The notes under the pieces: generated by a model
The model's database searches: none
What the model was told of the DNA's origin: nothing
Seen by the model: the letters and a program-made list of their open reading frames with translations, nothing else
Made by a program: the position numbers and the translations under genes
Shown here: positions 27,786-36,364 of the stretch, piece after piece
How the letters are laid out: every line of letters begins with the position of its first letter
Position numbering within the stretch: position 1 is the first letter of the stretch
IMG/VR virus record: IMGVR_UViG_3300046779_000420
Span: 1-40,282 of that record
Direction: 5' to 3' (one strand)
DNA: 40,282 nt
Origin: a virus
Taxonomy: Duplodnaviria > Caudoviricetes

Positions 27786-28505
27786 ATGATAGGACCGAAA
27801 GAAACCGTTGCACTTGCTTGGTGCGACAATGGAACAGTAGATGGCAAGTTTGCCGAGGGGCTAATGAACGCCACCATCACTGGCGCAGCCAATGGTATGC
27901 CTATTCACACATCAATTCGTGTGCAAGGTAATCAGATTGGTCGTCAGCGTCAGGTGGCATTTGACCACTGGGCAGATAAAGTCAAAACTGACTGGCTACT
28001 ATGGGTAGATTCAGACATTGTTCTGAGCCTAGATGTAATAGCAAAGTTATGGCAGACAGCAGATAAGAACCTACGACCTGTCGTAAGTGGAGTTTACTTC
28101 ATCTCTAAGGAGAATGAGGGAACTCTTATGAAACCTTATCCTGTTCTATTCAATGACGTATCTGAGTTCCAGATTCAATACGTTCACCCACTACCTGATA
28201 ATGAAGTTATCAAAGTAGATTGTGCTGGCTTTGGTCTTGTCTTAATGCACAAGTCAATCATCCAGAAGATGCGAGATAAGTTCCCTGGCGAATCTATGTT
28301 CCTAGAAACTGGTGGCTCATCTGATGATGAGTTTATTGGTGAGGACATTATCTTCTTCAGAAAGATGAAAGCAGCAGGAGTTCCACTGCACGCACACACT
28401 GGGGCAAGAGTTAAGCATATGAAGCGTTTTAGTCTGGACTATGACTACTACGCAATGTACTGGACTATGCAATCAATGCAAGAGAAATTCAAACAACAAG
28501 GCTAG
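27786..28505 (+). CDS. Glycosyltransferase, GT-A fold (GT2-like)
   Basis: WLLWVDSDI (DxD), AGFGLVL, GEDIIF, HTGARVKH motifs. Confidence 0.85.
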   Translation: MIGPKETVALAWCDNGTVDGKFAEGLMNATITGAANGMPIHTSIRVQGNQIGRQRQVAFDHWADKVKTDWLLWVDSDIVLSLDVIAKLWQTADKNLRPVVSGVYFISKENEGTLMKPYPVLFNDVSEFQIQYVHPLPDNEVIKVDCAGFGLVLMHKSIIQKMRDKFPGESMFLETGGSSDDEFIGEDIIFFRKMKAAGVPLHAHTGARVKHMKRFSLDYDYYAMYWTMQSMQEKFKQQG

Positions 28506-28513
28506 GAGAATAA

Positions 28514-30733
28514 GTGGCTGGTCGTGATATTACCGAGGGTCGTTCCAGTAGAGCGATTGCGGTTGACGTTGGTGTAGTAGCAACTAATGCTATTTGGCAG
28601 AACACAGATATTGCTTACGATACTGCTATCGGTGGTATGCCATTTATCTATGCCATTAGTGATGCTAAACCATATATCCGACAGACTGCCCCTTTCAAGA
28701 AAGAGCAGTTTGATAACCAGACAGAACCAGGTGAGCAGTCACTTACTGGTTGGTGGATTAGAAGCCAGTCATCATTCCACTATGGAGATGGCATTACATT
28801 CTATGACCCAGCAACTACTACAACTAACTCACCTGAACATTACCGCTATGCGGAATCTAAAGGTGTGGATGTTTGGACCCCAGGTCAAGTAACTCTACTT
28901 AACAATGTAACTCAAGAACACATTACAACTGGTGCACTTAATACCAACGGGCGAGCAAATCAAACCTTACGCTCTATCCAATGGAATGGCACAAGTGGTG
29001 TCTTGCTTCGTGATGAATATGACGTAGACAAGGTTGCTGCTGATGGAACTGTTACCCACTTCATTGACTACAACGCAGGAACTGACGACAAGGTTTATGC
29101 TATCTGTGATGATGGAACTACAGCCTTTTGGCTTACCAATGATAATGCTTCAGGCAAGTTAGAAGTAAACAAGAAACTCTTAACTGGCGACGCATCAACT
29201 TCTGCAACTGTAATGTTTACTTCTCCTGGCATTACCGTAACTAATGGTGTTATGGAATTCGTCAAAGAACGTATTGTTATGTGTGCTAACGAAAAGGTAT
29301 ATGAGTTTGCACCTACTGCATCTGCATTACCTACTGCTTTATATACGCATCCATCTACATCTCACATCTATACCAGCATTGCAGCATCTGGTACTGCTAT
29401 CTATGTATCTGGTTACAATGGTATCCAGTCATCTATTACAAGATTTACATTACAAAGCAATGGAACAATGCCATCCTTATCTTCTGCGGTTACTGCTGCA
29501 GAATTCCCTGTTGGTGAAATCGTACATAAGATTCACTACTACTTAGGCTATATGTGTATTGGAACCAATAAGGGTATCCGCATTGCTACTGTTGATGATG
29601 CTGGTTCTATTAACTATGGACCACTAATCGTACAAACATCTCAGCCTTGCTATGACTTTGCATCTCGTGACCACTACATCTGGTGCGCTACATCTGTAGA
29701 GGGTGAGCCAGGTGTTATCCGTATTGACTTAAGTGCGGAAGTAGAACCACTACGTTTTGCCTACGCCAATGACCTTTACTATGGAACTGGTTCAACTAGC
29801 CACGTTACTACTGCTTGCGCCTTTGCTGATGGTACTGACCAACTATGGTTTACATCAGCAGCAGTTACCGTTGGTGGAACTATTACCAATAAGCAGATGA
29901 CTTCAGGTGTGGCTACTCTGACTACATCTAGTGCACATAACTTAGTTGCTGGAAATTCAATATGGGTTCAAGGTGTTGATTCAAACTTCAACTCAACCAA
30001 TACTCCCTGGACAATTACCTCAGCAACCACAACTACATTTACTTACACATCAGCAGTTACTGCAACTGTTGCATCTACTGCAGTTACTTCAGCGGTAGCG
30101 TTAGCAAATGTTACTGGCTATGCTTATGGAGAAGATGAATCAGAACTTATAGCATCTGGTTATCTACAGACTGGATACATTCGTTATCAAACCTTAGAGC
30201 CTAAGAACTTTAAGAGACTTGTCGCTCGTGGCGACTTTACCTATGGCTCTATGACTTTAGAAACTGTTGATGCAGATGGTAATGAATACGACCTAATCTC
30301 ATACGATTCAACAGTTCCACCTATTGAAGTAACTACATCTCAGCCACAGGCTGCACAAGAATATCTTGCATATAAGTTCTTGCTATATAGAGATGGAGAT
30401 GACGCTTCGCTTGGTCCTATTATGAAGGGCTATCAGGCTAAAGCAACTATCGCTACCCCGCGTCAGCGAATCCTTAGATTTCCTGTCTATTGCTACGACG
30501 TAGAGACAGATAGATACAACGTACAAGTTGGATACGAGGGCAGAGCCTTTGACCGTATCGGACAACTTGAAACCATTGAAGAGAATGGTGACGTAGTAAC
30601 TTGGCAGGACTTGACTACTGGCGAATCACGTCAGGTAGTTATTGAACAAACATCATTCACTCGTCTTACTCCACCTGACCGAGGCTTTACTGGTTATGGT
30701 GGCGTAATTGAAATTACTATAAGGACCGTATAA
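28514..30733 (+). CDS. Putative tail nozzle / tubular protein B-like (beta-propeller) with S/T-rich insertion
   Basis: 739 aa, beta-strand-rich repeats, EQSLTGWWIRSQSSFH motif; last structural gene before lysis. Confidence 0.6.
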   Translation: MAGRDITEGRSSRAIAVDVGVVATNAIWQNTDIAYDTAIGGMPFIYAISDAKPYIRQTAPFKKEQFDNQTEPGEQSLTGWWIRSQSSFHYGDGITFYDPATTTTNSPEHYRYAESKGVDVWTPGQVTLLNNVTQEHITTGALNTNGRANQTLRSIQWNGTSGVLLRDEYDVDKVAADGTVTHFIDYNAGTDDKVYAICDDGTTAFWLTNDNASGKLEVNKKLLTGDASTSATVMFTSPGITVTNGVMEFVKERIVMCANEKVYEFAPTASALPTALYTHPSTSHIYTSIAASGTAIYVSGYNGIQSSITRFTLQSNGTMPSLSSAVTAAEFPVGEIVHKIHYYLGYMCIGTNKGIRIATVDDAGSINYGPLIVQTSQPCYDFASRDHYIWCATSVEGEPGVIRIDLSAEVEPLRFAYANDLYYGTGSTSHVTTACAFADGTDQLWFTSAAVTVGGTITNKQMTSGVATLTTSSAHNLVAGNSIWVQGVDSNFNSTNTPWTITSATTTTFTYTSAVTATVASTAVTSAVALANVTGYAYGEDESELIASGYLQTGYIRYQTLEPKNFKRLVARGDFTYGSMTLETVDADGNEYDLISYDSTVPPIEVTTSQPQAAQEYLAYKFLLYRDGDDASLGPIMKGYQAKATIATPRQRILRFPVYCYDVETDRYNVQVGYEGRAFDRIGQLETIEENGDVVTWQDLTTGESRQVVIEQTSFTRLTPPDRGFTGYGGVIEITIRTV

Positions 30734-30736
30734 CAA

Positions 30737-30931
30737 ATGACCTTTGCAACGTGGGCAGGTATTGCCGTATCCGTAATGACTATCATAGGTGGCGTTGGTG
30801 CTGCTATTAGATTCTTAGTTAAGCACTATCTCTATGAACTTAAACCTAATTCAGGTAGCAGTATGAATGACCGCATTGCAAGGTTAGAAACCAGACTAGA
30901 CGAGATATATAAATTCTTATTGGAGAAGTAA
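30737..30931 (+). CDS. Small membrane protein (holin-like / lysis accessory)
   Basis: N-terminal TM helix, ELKPNSGSSM motif, coiled-coil tail; precedes the lysin. Confidence 0.6.
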   Translation: MTFATWAGIAVSVMTIIGGVGAAIRFLVKHYLYELKPNSGSSMNDRIARLETRLDEIYKFLLEK

Positions 30932-31423
30932 ATGGGACAAAGAGAAGACTTCTGCTTTACAGCAACTCAAGAAGTTGGAACCAAAGAGAAGCCAGCCAAC
31001 TCTAACAAGGTTAAGTACAACAATAACAACGGACAATTCTGGTGTGGTTACTTTGTTGACTGGTGTGCCAAGCAGGTAGGACTTAAGATTCCTAGTTGTG
31101 TCTATACCCCAGCAGGAGTAGCAGGGTTCCAGGGTAAGGGACAATGGTGGAACATTTCTACCAAGAAACCTGAGTATGGTGATATTGTTTTCTTTGACTT
31201 CCCAGATGGGGCAAAGGTAGACCACGTAGGTATCGTCATTGAAGTTCTTGATGACGGCACACTCATCACGGTTGAAGGCAATACGACTGAGGATGGAAAG
31301 ACTGGTTCGCAAAGCAATGGCGGATGTGTTGCCAAGAAGGTTCGTGCTTATAAAGCCAACAATAAGCGCAAACTACCTGTCTATATCGTTGGCTTCGGCA
31401 GACCGAAATGGAGTAAGAAATGA
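30932..31423 (+). CDS. CHAP-domain endolysin
   Basis: WCGYFVDW (Cys), GDIVFF, DHVGIV (His), TVEGNT. Confidence 0.9.
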   Translation: MGQREDFCFTATQEVGTKEKPANSNKVKYNNNNGQFWCGYFVDWCAKQVGLKIPSCVYTPAGVAGFQGKGQWWNISTKKPEYGDIVFFDFPDGAKVDHVGIVIEVLDDGTLITVEGNTTEDGKTGSQSNGGCVAKKVRAYKANNKRKLPVYIVGFGRPKWSKK

Positions 31424-31617
31424 AGTTAAACAAAAAACAAATCGCTGTACTTAAGTCATACTTTCGTGGCGTATTGGTATCAGCACTGACCCTGATTGCC
31501 TCTAATGCACTGGGCTTTGACCCAGTAATCGCTGCAGTCCTAGCCTCTGTAGCGGGTCCTGCTGCCAAAGCACTTGATAAGCAGGAAACAGAGTTCGGAG
31601 TAGGCTCCGCAGAATAG
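31420..31617 (+). CDS. Holin (putative)
   Basis: 65 aa, two hydrophobic segments, charged C-terminus, overlaps the lysin stop. Confidence 0.7.
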   Translation: MKLNKKQIAVLKSYFRGVLVSALTLIASNALGFDPVIAAVLASVAGPAAKALDKQETEFGVGSAE

Positions 31618-31656
31618 CCCTTTTAAGGCTCTAGACTGGCGATTTCAGCCACTTAG

Positions 31657-31705
31657 ACCCCCTGACCTAGTAAAGATACTGGGTTGGGGGGTTCTTTTTT
31701 GTTTT
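31657..31705 (+). terminator. Rho-independent terminator of the structural/lysis operon
   Basis: CCCCCTGACCTAGTA/TACTGGGTTGGGGG stem followed by TTCTTTTTTGTTTT. Confidence 0.85.
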
Positions 31706-31722
31706 GTAGGGGTTTAGTTATC

Positions 31723-31865
31723 GGCGTGTCGTGCACGCCTTGACCCAACATTCAGTTCAGTCTATGTGTATAATTAATATATAATAATAAATAATATAAT
31801 ATATATAGGGGCGGAGCCCCTTATATAATATATATATAATATAATATATATACAACTACATAGAA
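31723..31865. other. AT-rich region with GC hairpins; candidate origin and/or promoter of the replication module
   Basis: GGCGTG-N5-CACGCC palindrome, TTGACC, TATAAT, TA-rich tracts around AGGGGC-GGA-GCCCCT. Confidence 0.5.
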
Positions 31866-31866
31866 T

Positions 31867-31932
31867 TACTTAAGCCCCTCGTTGAGCCATCTCCTGTCCT
31901 CCGAGGGGTTTAAGTAGTAACAGAACAGGAGA
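31867..31932 (+). promoter_or_regulatory. Leader hairpin whose loop is complementary to the Shine-Dalgarno sequence
   Basis: 15-bp stem 31867-31881/31902-31916; loop TCTCCTGT (31890-31897) pairs with ACAGGAGA (31925-31932). Confidence 0.6.
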
Positions 31933-31936
31933 AAAG

Positions 31937-32125
31937 ATGATTCAACTTGGCGACTACAAATTGCCTGGACATATTTCGTACTCAGCCTTTACAACTTACC
32001 TGACTTGTGGGTATCAGTATTACTTAGGCAGATTGCTACAACTACCTGAAGAACCTAGCGTGTGGTCTGCTGGTGGTCGTGCGTTTCACGCAGCGACAGA
32101 AGAGTGGGACAAACTAAATGACTAA
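31937..32125 (+). CDS. Cas4/RecB-like PD-(D/E)XK exonuclease, N-terminal part
   Basis: ISYSAFTTYLTCGYQYYL and GRAFHAATE motifs. Confidence 0.8.
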   Translation: MIQLGDYKLPGHISYSAFTTYLTCGYQYYLGRLLQLPEEPSVWSAGGRAFHAATEEWDKLND

Positions 32126-32714
32126 CCTATGGGCTGAGGCTTGGGCTAAAGAAACTAAAGATATAGATTTAACTAATGCTCGCGTCGCTGGACGCGCCAC
32201 TAAGATTAATCCTAATAAGGAAGATGCTACTTGGTGGAATACTCAAGGACCTATTTGGGTAGAGCAGTACATCCTATGGCGTAAGAATAATCCTGATTGG
32301 AAAATCTGGAGAACACCGCAAGGTGAGAGAGCCATTGAACTAGAACTCAATCCCGTAATCGCAGACGTGCCTGTGAAGATGGTGATTGACCGAGTGTTTG
32401 AGGTTAACGGAGAACTTGTGATTCTTGACCTTAAGACTTCGGCACGCAGACCAACATCATTCCTACAACTTGGGTTTTACAAGATTGGTTTGGAACAGAC
32501 GTTTGGTATATCAGTTAATCTAGGAAACTACTGGATGAGCCGTGAGGCGGGGACAGGAGAGATGATTGACTTAAGTAACTATACCTACGACACACTAGAG
32601 TTTATGGTGGCTGGCTTTGATAAGGCTCGCAAGTCTGGTATATTTCTACCGAATCTATCCAGTTGCAGTTTCTGTGGACTAACAGAACATTGCACATTTA
32701 CGAAAGAGAAGTAA
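32118..32714 (+). CDS. Cas4/RecB-like PD-(D/E)XK exonuclease, C-terminal part
   Basis: IDRV, ILDLKT, QLGFY, C-terminal CSFCGLTEHC. Confidence 0.85.
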   Translation: MTNLWAEAWAKETKDIDLTNARVAGRATKINPNKEDATWWNTQGPIWVEQYILWRKNNPDWKIWRTPQGERAIELELNPVIADVPVKMVIDRVFEVNGELVILDLKTSARRPTSFLQLGFYKIGLEQTFGISVNLGNYWMSREAGTGEMIDLSNYTYDTLEFMVAGFDKARKSGIFLPNLSSCSFCGLTEHCTFTKEK

Positions 32715-32839
32715 TGAATATCAATTACAACATCTCAGGTCAGGACATCCTTGTTGCCCTAGACCTGAAAGTAATTACAAAGGCTGAAGCAAGAATGTTG
32801 CTTGGCAATCTAACTACACAGGAGGAAGCAAGTGAGTAA
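32714..32839 (+). CDS. Small hypothetical protein (41 aa)
   Basis: Translated by hand MNINYNISGQDILVALDLKVITKAEARMLLG...; TAATG coupling. Confidence 0.55.
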   Translation: MNINYNISGQDILVALDLKVITKAEARMLLGNLTTQEEASE

Positions 32840-33224
32840 CGAAGACTGGAAACTACAGGTTTCTTACAAGACCCCAGCAGGGGATATGATTAACATTCGC
32901 GCTAACACTGCTGATGAACTATCAGTATTGCTAGAGGGTATTGGTGATTACTCACCACAGATTGCAAGCGTTCAGCGTCTAGTAGTTGCGGCATACAATG
33001 TAGCCCCCCTGCAGACAACCGCTTCCACGCCAAGCACTCCGCCATTCACATCCTCCGCTCCAACCCAGGCGGCAACTCCCGCACCTACAAGTTCTACTAA
33101 TCCAACTTGTGTACACGGCGCACGTATCTTCCGTAGTGGAGTATCAAAGAAGAACGGTCAACCTTATGCGTTCTGGGCTTGCCCTCAACCACAGGGTGCT
33201 GACCAATGTAAACCAGTAAACTAA
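32832..33224 (+). CDS. Protein with C-terminal zinc finger (GRF-like), possibly ssDNA-binding
   Basis: CVHG...FWACP...QCKP after a P/T-rich linker; GGAGG RBS. Confidence 0.65.
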   Translation: MSNEDWKLQVSYKTPAGDMINIRANTADELSVLLEGIGDYSPQIASVQRLVVAAYNVAPLQTTASTPSTPPFTSSAPTQAATPAPTSSTNPTCVHGARIFRSGVSKKNGQPYAFWACPQPQGADQCKPVN

Positions 33225-33310
33225 GTTTCCAGTTTGGGGACTGGGAAATGGGGGTCGGGCTACTTCGGGAAGCGTAGCCTTACCCCCAAACTCATAGATA
33301 GGAGAAACAA

Positions 33311-33451
33311 TTGAGATTTATTAGAACACATAACGATATGTCTTGGGACTTTGGTATCTACATTACCAACTGGGGACATCCAATCGCTAACGAATGGGAA
33401 GTTGGAATTAACTTCGGCAAGTGGTCATTTGGAATTGAGTTATACAAATGA
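33311..33451 (+). CDS. Small Trp-rich hypothetical protein (46 aa)
   Basis: TTG start with AGGAG RBS; translated by hand. Confidence 0.55.
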   Translation: MRFIRTHNDMSWDFGIYITNWGHPIANEWEVGINFGKWSFGIELYK

Positions 33452-33573
33452 GAACTGAAGATATTTGTGAGTGGTGTGGCAAGAAAGAATATCACAACTC
33501 TGATGATTGCAAACTAATAAGTTTAGCCCGTATTGCTAAAGCATTAGAAAAGATTGCTAGGGGGCAGAATTGA
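33448..33573 (+). CDS. Small CxxC-H-C protein (41 aa)
   Basis: Translated by hand MRTEDICEWCGKKEYHNSDDC...; ATGA/TTGA overlaps on both sides. Confidence 0.55.
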   Translation: MRTEDICEWCGKKEYHNSDDCKLISLARIAKALEKIARGQN

Positions 33574-34352
33574 GAACCCTCGTCCGTAGCGTAGGCAGAG
33601 CAGACATTGGTGGAGAACCATTGCCCTCTGTATTCAAAGCATTTGATAACCATAAGATTATATTTCGTAGGGCAGAAGTATCTATGTTGGCAGGAACTCC
33701 TGGCGTAGGTAAGTCAACACTAGCCCTAGCATTAGCACTTAATATGCGTGTGCCAACGCTATATATCTCAGCAGATACTAATGCACATACAATGGCTATG
33801 CGATTAGCCTCAATGATTTCAGGTAAGAACCAATCAGATGTAGAACATCTATTACAGAATGATGTTGGTTGGACTAAGGCAACACTCTCGCGGGGTTCAC
33901 ACATTGTGTGGTCGTTTGAATCTAGTCCAACCTTACAAGATATTGATGAAGAGGTTCAAGCCTTTGAAGAACTATGGGGTTGTCCACCTGTGGCTATCTT
34001 CGTAGATAACCTAATGGATATTGCAACTGATGGTGGCGAAGAGTTTGCCTCAATGCGTGCGATTATGAAAGAGTTAAAGTTCTTAGCAAGACATACCAAC
34101 GCAGGTATCATTGTCTTACACCATACATCTGAAGCAGTAGAGGGTAGACCTTGCCAGCCACGTTCTGCATTACAGGGTAAGGTCGCACAACTTCCAGCAT
34201 TAATTGCTACACTTGGTGTTGTGGGAACTTCAATGGCTGTATCACCTGTGAAGAACCGCTATGGAAAAGCGGATGCCAATGCTAACTTAAACGTATGGCT
34301 ATCCTTTAATCCTGAGTATATGTATATGGCAGACTTACCTGAAGCGAACTAG
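33570..34352 (+). CDS. DnaB-like (SF4, RecA-fold) helicase, ATPase domain only
   Basis: Walker A GTPGVGKST, Walker B IFVDNL, IVLHH, KNRYG arginine finger. Confidence 0.88.
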   Translation: MRTLVRSVGRADIGGEPLPSVFKAFDNHKIIFRRAEVSMLAGTPGVGKSTLALALALNMRVPTLYISADTNAHTMAMRLASMISGKNQSDVEHLLQNDVGWTKATLSRGSHIVWSFESSPTLQDIDEEVQAFEELWGCPPVAIFVDNLMDIATDGGEEFASMRAIMKELKFLARHTNAGIIVLHHTSEAVEGRPCQPRSALQGKVAQLPALIATLGVVGTSMAVSPVKNRYGKADANANLNVWLSFNPEYMYMADLPEAN

Positions 34353-34360
34353 GAATAGAA

Positions 34361-34570
34361 ATGATTAGAGAAGAAGAAGACGATATGACCCAAGAAATGC
34401 GTGCGAATATTATGGCGCAAGCAGACTTGATGTTAAGAGATAAGTTAGGTCGTATCATTAATAAGATATTGGCAGAACGTCCAGCAGTAACAGACCAATA
34501 CACCACAGGTGTAGTTGATGGACTAGAGTGGGCAGTGCGTATTATCTCTGGAGATAAGAGCGCGTCTTGA
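34361..34570 (+). CDS. Hypothetical protein
   Basis: ORF in operon; AGGA RBS. Confidence 0.65.
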   Translation: MIREEEDDMTQEMRANIMAQADLMLRDKLGRIINKILAERPAVTDQYTTGVVDGLEWAVRIISGDKSAS

Positions 34571-34815
34571 CCCACGAAGAATTGCTAACTAGAGTTAATG
34601 GAAATATAGTTCATTTTTATGGTGGCTTTGGTCATAATATAGATGCAGGTAATATGTTTAATGCCCTGCGTGCAGTAGTGGAATTGCATAAGCCATTTAT
34701 GGGAAATACTTTAGAATTATGCAAAGAGTGCAGTCAACTCAGGAAAGTTGATGACCCAGTAATTACTTATCCTTGCCCAACTATTCAGGCTATAACTAAG
34801 GAACTTAATGGCTAA
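34567..34815 (+). CDS. Hypothetical protein (ALRAVVELHKP...CxxC...YPCPTI family)
   Basis: Motif recurrent in actinophage small proteins. Confidence 0.65.
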   Translation: MTHEELLTRVNGNIVHFYGGFGHNIDAGNMFNALRAVVELHKPFMGNTLELCKECSQLRKVDDPVITYPCPTIQAITKELNG

Positions 34816-35170
34816 TCCCAATGGGCGCAAGGGTGCTAAGTGGGAGACTGACCTACTTAAATACTTTCGTAAGTTAGGTATTTGGACTGAGCGTCTAACC
34901 AAAGCGGGAGCCAATGATGAGGGCGACCTTGTTGCTATGATTGCAGGTAAGACCTACATCTTTGAACTTAAGAATGTAAAGAAGATGGACTTGCCTAAGT
35001 TTTGGGAAGAAGCACAGGTTGAAGCAAAGAATTATGCTAAGGCTAGAGGATTAGAACAAGTACCACCTCACTATGTTATAGTCAAGCGTAGGAATGTAGG
35101 AATTGAAAAGGCTTGGGTTATTCAAGACTTAAGTCATTGGTTAAAGGAGACAGGAGATGTTGAAAATTGA
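34808..35170 (+). CDS. Holliday junction resolvase (Hjc-type PD-(D/E)XK)
   Basis: KGAKWE, DEGDL, IFELKN motifs. Confidence 0.8.
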   Translation: MANPNGRKGAKWETDLLKYFRKLGIWTERLTKAGANDEGDLVAMIAGKTYIFELKNVKKMDLPKFWEEAQVEAKNYAKARGLEQVPPHYVIVKRRNVGIEKAWVIQDLSHWLKETGDVEN

Positions 35171-35534
35171 TAACGACTTGCCAAGTATCAAGGAAATCCT
35201 TGAACACTATGGAGCAAAACTCAGAAGCACACACGGACAGGTTAACCTTAAGTGTCCCTTTCACTCTGATACACACCAGTCTGGAAGTGCAAATCTTGAT
35301 AAGAACATCTTCATCTGCTTTGCGTGCGGAGTACAAGGAAATAGTTTACAAATAATTTCAAGACAGGAAGGTATAGATATACGTGAAGCAAAGTCATTCG
35401 CAGAAAGAATTGTTGGGACGAGCAACGGAACGATACGCGGAAAACATTTATCAGGCGGAAGCCTACCTAAAGCAAAGAGGAATTCCTCTAGAGGTAGCAC
35501 GTCTGGCACGATTAGGCGTAGTCGCGGAGCCTGA
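35157..35534 (+). CDS. DNA primase zinc-binding domain (CHC2)
   Basis: CPFHSD...S...FICFACG. Confidence 0.85.
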   Translation: MLKIDNDLPSIKEILEHYGAKLRSTHGQVNLKCPFHSDTHQSGSANLDKNIFICFACGVQGNSLQIISRQEGIDIREAKSFAERIVGTSNGTIRGKHLSGGSLPKAKRNSSRGSTSGTIRRSRGA

Positions 35535-36006
35535 GACAGGACACGAAGCCTTTGTTGGTAGGTTATCTATCCCTTATGTAACCAAGACTGGTGTTGTAGA
35601 CCTACGTTTTAGGTCGCTAAACCCTGCAGTTGAGCCTAAATATATGGGGCTGACTGGTGCAGAGACCAAGATGTATAACGTCCTTGATGTTGAAAAGGCT
35701 GGAGATTTTATAGGAGTATGTGAGGGTGAACTGGATACACTTACTATGTCTGCTTGCATTGGTATACCTTGCATTGGAGTACCAGGTGCGAACAGTTGGA
35801 AGCGACACTACACACGATTGCTTGCAGACTTTGAGAGAGTGTTCGTCTTTGCTGACGGAGACCAACCAGGCACAGAGTTTGCCCGTAGTCTTGCCCGCGA
35901 ACTGCCAGTTACTATCGTCCAACTACCTGACGGAGAAGATGTTAATTCAATGTATGTGCAACACGGGGCAGAATACATCAGGGCTAAGGTAGAACTTAAT
36001 GGATGA
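35383..36006 (+). CDS. DNA primase catalytic (TOPRIM) domain
   Basis: YLKQRGI, PKY, VCEGELD, FADGDQPG, EDVN motifs. Confidence 0.9.
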   Translation: MKQSHSQKELLGRATERYAENIYQAEAYLKQRGIPLEVARLARLGVVAEPETGHEAFVGRLSIPYVTKTGVVDLRFRSLNPAVEPKYMGLTGAETKMYNVLDVEKAGDFIGVCEGELDTLTMSACIGIPCIGVPGANSWKRHYTRLLADFERVFVFADGDQPGTEFARSLARELPVTIVQLPDGEDVNSMYVQHGAEYIRAKVELNG

Positions 36007-36358
36007 ATACTTCTGCGAAGAATGTAAACAACATTTTGAAACAGCATTTGATATGGTAGACCATCACATACCTGAAGATGAAGATGAGTTTGACCCAGCA
36101 ATAATCTTGCCCAATGGATATAGATTAATGGTTGGTTCACTACTTAGATTTTTCTATGAGTATGCAGATAATCCAGAACAAATAAGACAAATTACACAAT
36201 CTACTTATGTTACACTATTCGCTGCTGAACACGATTCAGATGTCCTTGAAGATATGATAGAAGACGTAGTAGTAGATTCAGAGATGTTGCGCTTTGAAGA
36301 TAGTCTTAAGTCATTATTAGAGGGGAAGTTTAATGAGCCAGAAGAGGGCGGAGAATGA
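35999..36358 (+). CDS. Acidic protein with N-terminal C2H2-like finger
   Basis: CEECKQHF...DHH. Confidence 0.65.
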   Translation: MDEYFCEECKQHFETAFDMVDHHIPEDEDEFDPAIILPNGYRLMVGSLLRFFYEYADNPEQIRQITQSTYVTLFAAEHDSDVLEDMIEDVVVDSEMLRFEDSLKSLLEGKFNEPEEGGE

Positions 36359-36364
36359 GGAAGT

